The position numbers and the translations under genes were made by a program. A stretch of 64,000 nucleotides of DNA, taken from positions 224,001-288,000 of the forward strand of contig CAVVNQ010000004.1 in assembly GCA_963749705.1 (NCBI GenBank). Direction: 5' to 3'. Source of the stretch: an uncultured Chloroflexia bacterium (GTDB lineage: Bacteria; Chloroflexota; Limnocylindria; Limnocylindrales; CSP1-4). Every line of letters begins with the position of its first letter. Position 1 is the first letter of the stretch. The notes beneath the pieces are model-generated. The model searched no databases. It saw only the letters and a list, made by a program, of their open reading frames with translations, and was not told where the DNA came from. Of the stretch, positions 29,438 through 39,110 are shown piece by piece.

Positions 29438-30650
29438 CTACTTGAGCAGGACGTTCTTGGTGTACTCCTGAGCAAGCTCGGTCTTGTACGGAGCGGGGAT
29501 CCAGGCGACGCCGTTCTGCGCCCGGTCCGCCTCGGAGATGATCGAGGGGATGCTGGTGAGGTCGGTCCGCGACGGGATCGAGCCCACGGTCTGGTTCATC
29601 AGCGTCTGGATCTCAGGGCTGGTGAGGAACTCGAGGAACAGGATCGCACCGGCCTTGTTGTGGGCATTCTTGACCACGCCGGCGGTATCACCACCGCCCG
29701 GAAGACCGAACGCGGGGATGTACATCTTGGTGCGCTGTGGAAGGGTCCCGTTGGCGACCGCAGCCTGCGAGTCGTCATCCCAGGCGACCGCCATCGAAGC
29801 GGAGCCCTGGTTGATCATGTCCATGTCCTCGCCGTTGGACAGCGTGACGTTCATGTTCGGGTTGTTCGTCTTGAGCCAGTCCCACGCCAGGTTCCAGTTC
29901 GCGATCTTCGCCGGGTCGACTTCCGTGTCGCCCACGTACTTGTCGAGCCCGCCGGTGAGGGCGCCGATCACGGACTGGACGAAGCCCCCGCCGGCGCCGC
30001 CCTTGTTCGGATCCGGATAGGCGAAGCCCTTCGGGTTTGCCGCAACCCAGGCGGCGAACTCATCCCAGGTCTGCGGCGGGGTTCGGGACGGCGGTGGGGT
30101 CATACAGCATGCCGATCTGGTTGCGGTAGATCGGGACAAGATAGCCACCCGTCTGGACGCCTTCCTGGACGGCCGCGAGCTTGGGATCGATGAGGCTGTG
30201 ATCCGGCAGGGCGTCGTACACGGGGCCGTACCAGAGACCGGCGTCGATGGACGTCTTGACGTCCGCCCCGCCGATCAGCTGGACGTCGATCGTCCCCTGG
30301 TCGCGGTCCTTCTCGGCCAGGATCTTGTCGATCGCGTTGTTGCCGATCAGGATGCGCGCCTCGACCCCGTACTTCGCGGTGAACTGCTTGGCGACTTCCT
30401 TCCAGAAGCCCTCTCCCCACCAGGCCCCGAAGACAACGTCGCCTTCAACCTTGGCGGCCTCGAGCAGCTGATCCTGCGACATGGTCAGGTAGTCGGGAGC
30501 AGCACTCGGCGCTGCGCTGGACTCAGCCGCCTGGGAGGCGGCCGGTTCGGAGCTGGCCGGCGCCGTCGGAGTGCTCGCGGGCGTGCTGGAACATGCGGCG
30601 AGCGAAAACACGATCACGAGGGCGGCGCCGAAGTTCAATCTCTTGTGCAC
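29438..30650 (-). pseudogene. ABC transporter substrate-binding lipoprotein, split by a +1 frameshift near 30078-30081 (real or sequencing error)
   Basis: Lipobox SLAAC after GTG 30650 with GGAGG RBS; N-part ends YDPTAVPNP and the C-part continues PQTWDEF...YPDPNKGGAGGGF in the next frame; one extra C in a C4 run. Confidence 0.85.
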
Positions 30651-30785
30651 GATTCCCTCCACAACGTTGGGACACCTCTGGCGGGGCTCGCGAGGATGGG
30701 CCTCGCCCCGCAGAGCAGCGATCAGGTGATTCAGTGGCTTCGTGAGGCCATCCTCCTTTCGGTGAAGTGACCGGTCACGCCGGGG

Positions 30786-31616
30786 TCATGGCGACTCGGT
30801 GGCTCCGGGGCGCGATCGATTCCGCGGGTTGCCGGCTGGCATGTCCCACCGGATCGCAGAGTCAGGACCTGCATCCAGGTGAGGACCCCGACGGTGGATG
30901 ACGAACTCGAACACATCTGACGCGTAGTGCTCCCAGGTGAGCAGCAGCCGCCGCTCAGCCGCGTCTCGGTCGATCTGCTCGATCACGAAGATCAGCGTTC
31001 CCGGCTCGACGTTGAGGCTGCTCGCCAATGACGTCGAGGCGATGTCGGGGCGGATCCAAGCGGTGCCGTCGACGACGGACAGACCGAGGCGCTCGGCCAT
31101 GAACCGGTAGACCGACAACCCGTCCGCACGCAGGTCGTCCGGGTCGACGCCCGCCGCAGTGAACAGGGACGATGGAAAGACATCTCGCGTGAAGACAACG
31201 GGCCGACCATCGGCCGTGCGAACGCGCTCAAGCACGATGACGGGAGCACCGTTCTCGAGTCCCAGGCGCTCGGCCTCGTGCGCGGTCGCAGCCTGCCGTT
31301 GCAGGCGCAGATCGCGCGTCCCTGGCACCATCCCGTGCGCCCGGATCAGCTCCGTCGCGCTGAGGTTCACATCGAGGCTGCTGTGGAGGACATGGAGCGA
31401 CCGGCGCACGAACGTTCCGTGCCCGTGGCGCCGGATCAACAGGCCGTCCTGCTCGAGCTGCATCACGGCCTCGCGCAGCGACGTGCGGCTCACGCCAAGG
31501 GCTCGAGCGAGCTCGATCTCTGGCGGGAGCTGGCTCCCCGGCGCCAGCTGGCCGTCGACGATGCGGGCCCGTAGATCCTCACGAACTTGTGACGTCAAAC
31601 TTGACCGTGCTACCAT
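30786..31616 (-). CDS. GntR family regulator, HutC/UTRA subfamily (second)
   Basis: QLPPEIELARALGVSRTSLREAVMQLEQDGLLIRRHGHGTFV HTH; LERVRTADGRPV UTRA motif. Confidence 0.92.
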   Translation of the reverse strand: MVARSSLTSQVREDLRARIVDGQLAPGSQLPPEIELARALGVSRTSLREAVMQLEQDGLLIRRHGHGTFVRRSLHVLHSSLDVNLSATELIRAHGMVPGTRDLRLQRQAATAHEAERLGLENGAPVIVLERVRTADGRPVVFTRDVFPSSLFTAAGVDPDDLRADGLSVYRFMAERLGLSVVDGTAWIRPDIASTSLASSLNVEPGTLIFVIEQIDRDAAERRLLLTWEHYASDVFEFVIHRRGPHLDAGPDSAIRWDMPAGNPRNRSRPGATESP

Positions 31617-31628
31617 TCGCCACCAAAG

Positions 31629-31660
31629 GTATGATGTCTAAGGTCTGAGGTCCGGACAGT
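31629..31660. promoter_or_regulatory. Divergent promoter region with degenerate copies of the 19125 operator
   Basis: TATGAT -10-like hexamer overlapping GATGTCTAAGGTCT (versus GATGTCTGACATCT at 19127), followed by AGGTCCGGACAGT. Confidence 0.5.
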
Positions 31661-31710
31661 AGCAGCGGCCGGACCGTCCTGTCAACGCCGACAACGAGGG
31701 ATCGAGGCGA

Positions 31711-32511
31711 GTGAGCTTGTCGTGGATCCGGCCTGGGCGGCCGCTGGTCGTGGCGCATCGAGGGCTCCGAGCGCGGATCCCTGAGCAGACGATGCCGTCG
31801 TTCCGCGCGGCCATCGAGCACGGCGCCGAGATGATCGAGGCCGATGCCCTGCTCAGCGCCGACGGAGAGCTCGTCCTGATGCATGACGACACGGTCGATC
31901 GGACCACCGACGGGCGCGGCCGCGTGGCGGAGATGTCATGGGACGAGCTGGCGCGCCTCGACGCCGGGACCTGGTTCGGACCGGAGTTCGCCGGCCTGCG
32001 GATCCCGCGGGCCGTGGAGCTCATCGATCTCGCCCGGTCCGCCGGGATCGGACTGTGCCTCGAGGCGAAGGGCTCGACGACGGCCGAGGCGACCGCCGTC
32101 GCGGTCGCGCTCGCGAACCTGGTGGCCGCCCACGACGCGACCGCGTGGGCGTTCATATCGGGCTTCGACCACGCCGCCCTCGCTGCAGCCCGGGCGGCCG
32201 AGCCAGCGGTGCTCATGGCACCGGAGCGACTGCCAGAGCGTGGAGTCCAGCTGCCCGAGGAGACGCTGCGACAGGCGCTTGCCCTTGGATCGCCCGTGAT
32301 CCAGCATCGATGGGAGCTGATCTCCGCGGACCTCGTCGACCACCTTCACGATGCCGGAATCGGGATCTGGGCGTGGAACACCAACGACCTGGGTAGTGTT
32401 CGCCTCTCGGTCGCGCTCGGGGTGGACGGCGTCATGGGCGACGACGTCGACCTGCTCCTCGCGGGGCGGTCGGACGCCGGAGCATGGCTCAGGCCCGAGA
32501 TCGAGCGGTGA
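31711..32511 (+). CDS. Glycerophosphodiester phosphodiesterase (GDPD/UgpQ-like)
   Basis: VAHRG, PEQT, IEAD, LMHDDTVDRTT, LDAGTWF and LEAK motifs. Confidence 0.92.
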   Translation: MSLSWIRPGRPLVVAHRGLRARIPEQTMPSFRAAIEHGAEMIEADALLSADGELVLMHDDTVDRTTDGRGRVAEMSWDELARLDAGTWFGPEFAGLRIPRAVELIDLARSAGIGLCLEAKGSTTAEATAVAVALANLVAAHDATAWAFISGFDHAALAAARAAEPAVLMAPERLPERGVQLPEETLRQALALGSPVIQHRWELISADLVDHLHDAGIGIWAWNTNDLGSVRLSVALGVDGVMGDDVDLLLAGRSDAGAWLRPEIER

Positions 32512-32539
32512 GAGCCCCCAACACGGAGCGCTGCGTGTC

Positions 32540-33586
32540 GTGGCAGTCCTAGAGATCGTCGACCTGTACAAGGAGTACGGGGGCCAGATCGCGGTAGACC
32601 ATCTGACGCTGAGCGTTCAGCAGGGTGAGTTCGTCACCCTGCTCGGACCGTCCGGCTGCGGCAAGACGACGACGCTGAGGGCAATCGCGGGGCTCGTCGA
32701 GATCGACGGAGGTGAGATCCGCTTTGACGGCCGCCTCATGAACGATGTGCCCCCGCACAAGCGGTCGACGGCGATGGTCTTCCAGTCATACGCGCTGTTC
32801 CCGCATATGACGATCGCAGAGAACATCGCGTTCGGCCTGCGGATGCGCCACGTCGCGGGACCAGAGCGCCGGGAGCGGGTCGCCGAAGCGATGGCCATGG
32901 TCGGCCTGGAGGGGCTTGAGAAGCGCAAGCCGACGGAGCTCTCGGGGGGGCAGCAGCAGCGCGTCGCACTCGCCCGCGCCATCGTCACGCAGCCCGACAT
33001 CCTGCTGTTCGACGAACCACTGTCCAACCTGGACGCGAAGCTCCGGGAGCGGCTCAGGATCGAGATCCGGGAGCTGCAGCGACGACTTGGCATCACGTCG
33101 ATCTATGTCACCCACGACCAGGCCGAGGCACTCGTCATCTCGGACCGCATCGTCGTGATGAACAAGGGCCGCATCGAGCAGATGGGCGACCCGCTGCAGA
33201 TCTACCGGCATCCGGAGACGCCCTTCACCGCGGAGTTCATCGGCCAGGCCAACGTCCTCGATGCGACGCTTGTCTCCGAAGACCCGGACGGCTGCCGGCT
33301 CGAGTCGCCGATCGGCACTCTGGTCTCCCGAGCACGACCGGCTGCCGGCGAGCGCGAGGTGCGCATCTCGTGGCGACCCGAGGACATGGTCCCGTTCGAC
33401 GAGGGGGCGGGCAACCGGATCGTGGCGACCATCGCGCGCGTGACCTTCATGGGCAACCTCACCGACGTGGCCATCGACGTCGGAGGCACGACGATGCGCC
33501 TCGAGCGGCCCGGATCGGTCCAATGGCAGGTCGGCGACACCATCGAGCTGAGCCTTCCGGCCGATCGGATCCAGATCCTGCGATGA
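32540..33586 (+). CDS. ABC transporter ATP-binding protein (PotA/MalK-like, TOBE domain)
   Basis: GPSGCGKT Walker A, LSGGQQQR signature, DEPLSNLD, YVTHDQ. Confidence 0.95.
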   Translation: MAVLEIVDLYKEYGGQIAVDHLTLSVQQGEFVTLLGPSGCGKTTTLRAIAGLVEIDGGEIRFDGRLMNDVPPHKRSTAMVFQSYALFPHMTIAENIAFGLRMRHVAGPERRERVAEAMAMVGLEGLEKRKPTELSGGQQQRVALARAIVTQPDILLFDEPLSNLDAKLRERLRIEIRELQRRLGITSIYVTHDQAEALVISDRIVVMNKGRIEQMGDPLQIYRHPETPFTAEFIGQANVLDATLVSEDPDGCRLESPIGTLVSRARPAAGEREVRISWRPEDMVPFDEGAGNRIVATIARVTFMGNLTDVAIDVGGTTMRLERPGSVQWQVGDTIELSLPADRIQILR

Positions 33587-33617
33587 GGGCCGCGATGATC
33601 ATCGGGACGCCGTTCTC

Positions 33618-34472
33618 GTGAGCCGACGGGACCATCGACTTCTGATCGGCGTGCTGATGCTGCCGGCGGTCGGGTTTGTCGCGCTGTTCCTTGCAGCCGT
33701 CCTGGTGATGACGGCGATGCAGAGCCTCGGCTTCTTCAGCTTCACGTCCACCGAGGAGGTTGGCCTGGGAAGCTGGGCAGCTGCCATCACCGGAGAGACG
33801 TGGGACTCCTTCTTCTACTCCGCCAAGATCGCGTTGGTGAGCGCCTTCGGGGCGCTCGTGATCGCCTATCCGCTTGCCCTCTATCTGCGCCGCAGCTTCG
33901 CCGGCAAGGGCGCCCTCAACGCGCTCATCCGCGTGCCACTGTTCATGCCGGCCCTGGTCGCGGCGTTCCTCATCCTCAACATCATGTCGTTCCACGGCAT
34001 CTTCAACGAGGTGCTGGTGAGGATCGGCCTCCTTGCTGAGCCGCTGCGGCTCACGCACGATGACTGGGGCCTCGGCGTCGTCATGATCCAGATCTGGAAG
34101 AACCTGCCGTTCATCGCGCTGATCCTCACCGCGGTCATGGCGAACATCCCCGCCGACCTCGAGGCTGCGGCTCGAAATCTCGGCGCCGGCCCGTGGCGCG
34201 TGTTTCTCCACGTCCTGCTGCCCCTATCGATCCCAGGCGTCCAGACCGGCATCACGCTCGTGTTCATCGGCGTGTTCGGGGACTATGCGGTGAACGCGAT
34301 CGCAGGCCCGCTCTACCCCGCATCGCTGTCGATCCGGATGTACCTGCTCGGACGGAACTTCGGGGAATGGGGCCAGGCCGCGGTCGTCGCGGTCCTGATC
34401 ATGGCTGGCTCGCTGCTCTTCGCATGGCTGTTCGCGATCCTGGCGAGGGTCACGGTGAGGGTCGTCCGGTGA
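33618..34472 (+). CDS. ABC transporter permease
   Basis: Six TM helices; EAAARNLGA EAA loop. Confidence 0.92.
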   Translation: MSRRDHRLLIGVLMLPAVGFVALFLAAVLVMTAMQSLGFFSFTSTEEVGLGSWAAAITGETWDSFFYSAKIALVSAFGALVIAYPLALYLRRSFAGKGALNALIRVPLFMPALVAAFLILNIMSFHGIFNEVLVRIGLLAEPLRLTHDDWGLGVVMIQIWKNLPFIALILTAVMANIPADLEAAARNLGAGPWRVFLHVLLPLSIPGVQTGITLVFIGVFGDYAVNAIAGPLYPASLSIRMYLLGRNFGEWGQAAVVAVLIMAGSLLFAWLFAILARVTVRVVR

Positions 34473-35335
34473 CGACCGGGCGCACACAGTCGAGGCCGCT
34501 CGGGGCGAGGCTGGCACTCGCGATACGGGAGCACGCCGTGCCGGTCGCCCTGATCATCGTGGCGCTGGTGGTGGTCGGGGTCCCGATCCTCATGGCGGTC
34601 GCGTGGTCGCTCGTCGACCCGAACAACGGATGGTCCTACCCGGACATGCTCCCGCCCTCGGTGTCGCTCTACCAGTGGGACTACGTCTTCCGGTCCACCG
34701 ACATCGTGCTTGCGATCGTCACGAGCTACGCGCTTGCCTCGGTTGCGACGCTCCTGGCCTTCATCGTCGCGCTGCCGATGGCGTACGCGATGGGCCGCTG
34801 GGCATTTCGCGGAAAGGAAGCGGTCAGGATCCTGATGCTCCTGCCGCTGGTGATGCCCGGGATGGTCGTGGCCCTGTTCCTGAGTCGCGTGTTCAACTTC
34901 TTCGGCCTGGTCCAGACCTTCCACGGCCTGGTCATCGCGCACACGTTGCTTGGTCTCCCGTACATGGCGCGACTGCTGTCCACGAGCTTCGAGGCGATCC
35001 CGGCCCAGGTGTCTGACGCGGCGAGCAACCTCGGCGCATCCGAGCTCGTCAAGCTCCGAACGATCTACCTTCCGCTCGTCCGGCCGGGGATCTTCGCCGG
35101 GGCCATCTTCACGTTCATTGCGAGCCTCGAGGAGTTCTCGCTGACCTATGTCATCGGAACCCCCGACTACCAGACGATCCCGACGATCCTGTTCTCCTTC
35201 CTCGGCCAACGTTTCGTTCGGACACAGGCATCTGTCGTCTCACTGGTGCTCCTGATCCCCAGCCTCGCGCTGCTGTTCCTGGCGGACCGCTTCCTCAAGA
35301 GCGACTACCTGTCCTCGGGCTTCAGCAAGCTCTGA
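34469..35335 (+). CDS. ABC transporter permease
   Basis: GTGA overlap with the previous permease; DAASNLGA loop; SLEEF motif. Confidence 0.9.
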   Translation: MTTGRTQSRPLGARLALAIREHAVPVALIIVALVVVGVPILMAVAWSLVDPNNGWSYPDMLPPSVSLYQWDYVFRSTDIVLAIVTSYALASVATLLAFIVALPMAYAMGRWAFRGKEAVRILMLLPLVMPGMVVALFLSRVFNFFGLVQTFHGLVIAHTLLGLPYMARLLSTSFEAIPAQVSDAASNLGASELVKLRTIYLPLVRPGIFAGAIFTFIASLEEFSLTYVIGTPDYQTIPTILFSFLGQRFVRTQASVVSLVLLIPSLALLFLADRFLKSDYLSSGFSKL

Positions 35336-35374
35336 CGCGCCGATCTCATCGACATGCACACGGAAGGACCAACC

Positions 35375-36322
35375 ATGCAGCTTTCTCTGTACACCGACTC
35401 CGTCGGCAAGCTCTCGCTGGAAGGGGCCCTGGATCTGGCCGTCGAGATCGGTGCGCCCGCTGTCGAGATCGCGGCCGGCGGTCAGTCATCTGCGCCCCAC
35501 ATGCGTATCGAGCGCCTCCTGGCAGACGCCGGTGAGCTCGAGCGCTTTCGCCGCGCGCTCGACTCCCGCGGGCTCCGGATGGGTGCGCTGAACTGCTCGT
35601 CCTGGGTGATGCACCCGGTGCACTCCGACCGACACGAGGGCATCATCCAGTCGACCATCGACCTCGCAGGGCGGCTCGGCGTGTCGACGATCGTGAGCAT
35701 GTCGGGCTGCCCCGGCGATGGCCCCGGGTCAACGACGCTCAACTGGATCTGGTATCCGTGGCCGCAGGACGCCGTCGACCTCCGGGAGCGCCAATGGGAC
35801 GCGACGGTCGCAGTCTGGCGACGGCTCGCCCGGCGTGCCGAGGACGCTGGGGTCACCCGGATCGCCTTCGAGCTCCATCCGCTGCATCTGGTCTACAACG
35901 TCCCGACACTGCTCCGGATGCGCGATGAGGTGGGGCCGATCATCGGCGCCAACCTGGATCCATCCCACCTGTTCTGGCAGCAGATGGATCCGCTGGCGGT
36001 GATCCACGCGCTGCGAGATGCCATCTATCACGTGCACCTCAAGGACACCCAGCTCGTCCCGGAGCAGGTGGCGCTCGCAGGGGTATTGGACGGGCGTCCG
36101 TTCGAGAGTCCGGCTGAACGCGCCTGGACGTTCCGCACCGTGGGCGTCGGCCATGGGCCGGAGTTCTGGTCGGCCTTCGTCGAGGGCCTCCGGGCTGTGG
36201 GATACCAGGGCGTCCTGAGCATCGAGAACGAGGACCCGTACCAGCCTGCGGAGGAGGGCGTACGTCAGGCAGCGGCGTTCATGCGACCGTTCCTGGCCGA
36301 TCAGCCCAGCCGGGCCAGATGA
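35375..36322 (+). CDS. Sugar phosphate isomerase/epimerase (xylose isomerase-like TIM barrel, IolH/IolE-like fold)
   Basis: ELHP, NLDPSHLFWQ, HVHLKD and LSIENED metal-binding motifs. Confidence 0.88.
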   Translation: MQLSLYTDSVGKLSLEGALDLAVEIGAPAVEIAAGGQSSAPHMRIERLLADAGELERFRRALDSRGLRMGALNCSSWVMHPVHSDRHEGIIQSTIDLAGRLGVSTIVSMSGCPGDGPGSTTLNWIWYPWPQDAVDLRERQWDATVAVWRRLARRAEDAGVTRIAFELHPLHLVYNVPTLLRMRDEVGPIIGANLDPSHLFWQQMDPLAVIHALRDAIYHVHLKDTQLVPEQVALAGVLDGRPFESPAERAWTFRTVGVGHGPEFWSAFVEGLRAVGYQGVLSIENEDPYQPAEEGVRQAAAFMRPFLADQPSRAR

Positions 36323-37482
36323 GCTCCCTGGCGCGCGGCGTTGCGGTCGTCGGCTGCGGCAACATCGGCCTCAGCCGCCATATCCCCGCCTGGCTCGAAC
36401 AGCCGAGCGGCTACCACCTTGCCGCCGTCGCCGACCCGGATCCGGGCCGTCGGCAGGCTGGAATGGCGGCCGGGGGCCTTGCCGCAGGTGACGCCGTCGC
36501 CGACGTGGCCGAGCTCCTCGAGCGGCCGGAGATCGGGGTCCTCGACCTCTGTGTGCCTCCGAACCTGAGGCCGGCGATCGTACGGGAGGCGGCGAGGCGA
36601 GGAAAGCACATCCTGACCGAGAAGCCCCTGGCGATCTCCCCGGCAATCGGAGAAGCCATGGTCGCTGACTGCGAGACCTCGGGCGTCACGCTCGGGGTGG
36701 TTCACAACTTCCTGTTCTTCCCCGAGATCGCCACGGCCTTGGGGCTGATCGGTTCGGGCGCGATCGGCGACGTCGAGGTCGTGATCCTCAACTACCTCGG
36801 TGCCGCAGACAACCCGGGTGCAGCCGCGTATCGACCCGCCTGGCGCCACGAACCGGCCGCATCGGGCGGTGGGGTCCTCATGGACCTGATCCATGTCGTC
36901 TACCTGGCAGAGGCGTTCCTGGGTCGGCCGATCGAGACCGCGTCAGGATTCGTCACGGCGCGGTCGGCAGGGGGCGTTGAAGGTCTGGCCATCTGCCGCT
37001 TCGAGAGTCGCGATTCCGTGGCCCTGGCCAACGTCGGCTGGGGAGACGGACCGGGAGGCATCGAGATCAGCGGCACCGAGGGACGGATCTCCATTCGATA
37101 TGCCAACGGCGGAACGAGCCCATTCGCGCCGTTCGAACAGCTGGAGCTGACCGACCGTGGCGGCAGCCGCATCGTCGAGGTACCGCCGAGTGCCGGCTTC
37201 CTGAGCCCGGCGATCACCGACTTCGCTGCCGCGCTCGACCAGCGTGGGACGCCGGCAGCGGACGGCCGGCATGCGCTCCACATCCTCGAGGCCACGCTCG
37301 CGGCGTACGAATCCGCCGCGACCGGACGCGAGGTCGCGCTGCCCCTCGACCGGCGTGATCCGGTGTTCCTCGATGGGGCCCTCGGTATCGCCCGGCTCGA
37401 CCTGTCGCCGCGGAGCGCCATCGTGCGACGACGGATCTTCGGGGTCGGCCTGGAGGGAGGCGGATCGGGGGTCCGGGCATGA
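36319..37482 (+). CDS. Gfo/Idh/MocA family NAD(P) oxidoreductase
   Basis: VVGCGNIG, EKPLA and GGGVLMDLIH motifs. Confidence 0.92.
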   Translation: MSSLARGVAVVGCGNIGLSRHIPAWLEQPSGYHLAAVADPDPGRRQAGMAAGGLAAGDAVADVAELLERPEIGVLDLCVPPNLRPAIVREAARRGKHILTEKPLAISPAIGEAMVADCETSGVTLGVVHNFLFFPEIATALGLIGSGAIGDVEVVILNYLGAADNPGAAAYRPAWRHEPAASGGGVLMDLIHVVYLAEAFLGRPIETASGFVTARSAGGVEGLAICRFESRDSVALANVGWGDGPGGIEISGTEGRISIRYANGGTSPFAPFEQLELTDRGGSRIVEVPPSAGFLSPAITDFAAALDQRGTPAADGRHALHILEATLAAYESAATGREVALPLDRRDPVFLDGALGIARLDLSPRSAIVRRRIFGVGLEGGGSGVRA

Positions 37483-39110
37483 CTGGCGGACGGCCGATCC
37501 TGGGGATCGACATCGGCGGCACCAACCTGGGTGCCGCGGTCGCCACGGCCGATGGGCGTGTCCTGGCCAGTCTTCGTCGACCGAGTCAGGCGGCCGACGG
37601 TCCGGACGCGATGATCGCCCGGGTCGTCGACATGGGCCGAGCGGTCATCGCCGAAGCGACCGTCACGTTGGAGGACGTCGAGGCGATCGGGATCAGCTGT
37701 GGCGGGCCGCTCGATCCGGCCCGTGGCGTCGTGCACAACGCCCTCAACAACCCGGGCTGGATCGACATTCCGGTGGTCGATCGGGTCCAAGCCGCGCTCG
37801 GCCGACCCGCATACCTCGAGAATGACGCGAATGCCGCCGCGCTCGCGGAGCATCGCTTCGGGGCCGGACGGGGCGTGAGGAACCTGGTGTACCTCACGAT
37901 CTCCACCGGGGTGGGCGGCGGCGTGATTGTCGATGGGCGACTCATCCACGGCGAGAACGGCAACGCCGGCGAGCTTGGTCATCTCGTCGTGCGTGCCAAC
38001 GGCCGGCCCTGTCACTGCGGGTCCGTTGGCTGCATCGAGGCGTACTGCTCCGGCACCAGCATCGCGGAGCGCGCGCGAGAGATGCTGGTGGCACCCGGGT
38101 CAACCAGCAGCCTGCACGCGGCCGGGGGTTCCGATGTTCGCGCCGAGGATGTGGTGCTCGCCGCTCGTGCCGGCGACCCGATGGCACGTGCGCTCTGGGA
38201 CGAGACCATGGACATGCTCGGAGCCGGCATCGTGAGCATGATCCACGCGTTCAATCCACACCTCGTGCTTCTCGGCGGAGGCGTGGCCAAGGCCGGCGAC
38301 ATGCTGTTCGAGCCCATTCGCCGGATCGTCTCCGACCAGGCGATGCCGTGGCTGGCGGACGGCGTCACCATCGAGGCGGCCCAGCTGGGTGACCTGGCGG
38401 GGATGCTGGGCGCGGTGGTCGTCGCGCTCGATGGTCGTGAGGCGCAGCGGAGCGGAGGATCCCAACATGAGGTCGGCGGCAGATTCCGCGTCGTCGACCC
38501 GGCTGACGACGGGGCGGTGTGGGACGAGCACCAGCGGGTCGTGTCGGACTCGAGTGCGCTCCGTCCGCAGGTACGGGCAATCGCCGAGCAGCTGTTCCGG
38601 GCGCTGAATGCCGGCCACAAGCTCATCGCCTTTGGGAACGGGGGAAGTGCCGCTGAAGCCCAGCATTTCGCCGCCGAGCTTCTCGGTCGTTTCAGCGCAC
38701 CAAGGCGACCGTTGCCGGCCATCGCCCTGTCCAGCGACCCATCGACGGTCACCGCCATCGCGAATGATTTCGGGTATGAAGAGGTGTTCGCGCGACAGAT
38801 CGAAGCGCTGGCGGAGACCGGCGACATCGCGATCGGGATCACGACCAGCGGGGGGAGCGAGAGCGTCGTGCGCGGTCTACGGGCGGCACGTGCGCGGGGG
38901 GCCGTCGCCGTTGCGTGGACAGGCGCCGATCCCGGACGCGCCGGTGAGGCTTCCGACCTCGTGCTCGCCGTACCTTCGATGACAACCGCGCGGATCCAGG
39001 AGGTTCACTCGCTGGCGATGCATACGATCTGCGGGATCGTGGATTCGCTGGCGTCGGAACATCGCGACAGCACGCCGCCGGGCCGCCCTCCCCTATCCGA
39101 TCGTCAGTAG
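37479..39110 (+). CDS. ROK family sugar kinase fused to a GmhA-like SIS isomerase domain
   Basis: N-part: DIGGT, ENDANAAALAE, GELGH, CHCGSVGCIE; C-part: GNGGSAAEAQH, ANDFGY...FARQ, TARIQEVH. Confidence 0.9.
   Translation: MTGGRPILGIDIGGTNLGAAVATADGRVLASLRRPSQAADGPDAMIARVVDMGRAVIAEATVTLEDVEAIGISCGGPLDPARGVVHNALNNPGWIDIPVVDRVQAALGRPAYLENDANAAALAEHRFGAGRGVRNLVYLTISTGVGGGVIVDGRLIHGENGNAGELGHLVVRANGRPCHCGSVGCIEAYCSGTSIAERAREMLVAPGSTSSLHAAGGSDVRAEDVVLAARAGDPMARALWDETMDMLGAGIVSMIHAFNPHLVLLGGGVAKAGDMLFEPIRRIVSDQAMPWLADGVTIEAAQLGDLAGMLGAVVVALDGREAQRSGGSQHEVGGRFRVVDPADDGAVWDEHQRVVSDSSALRPQVRAIAEQLFRALNAGHKLIAFGNGGSAAEAQHFAAELLGRFSAPRRPLPAIALSSDPSTVTAIANDFGYEEVFARQIEALAETGDIAIGITTSGGSESVVRGLRAARARGAVAVAWTGADPGRAGEASDLVLAVPSMTTARIQEVHSLAMHTICGIVDSLASEHRDSTPPGRPPLSDRQ

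Noticed and set aside
18030-39110. Island as an integrative mobile element
   Set aside because: No integrase, transposase, tRNA or flanking direct repeat seen; only a compositional impression, so not called as a mobile element
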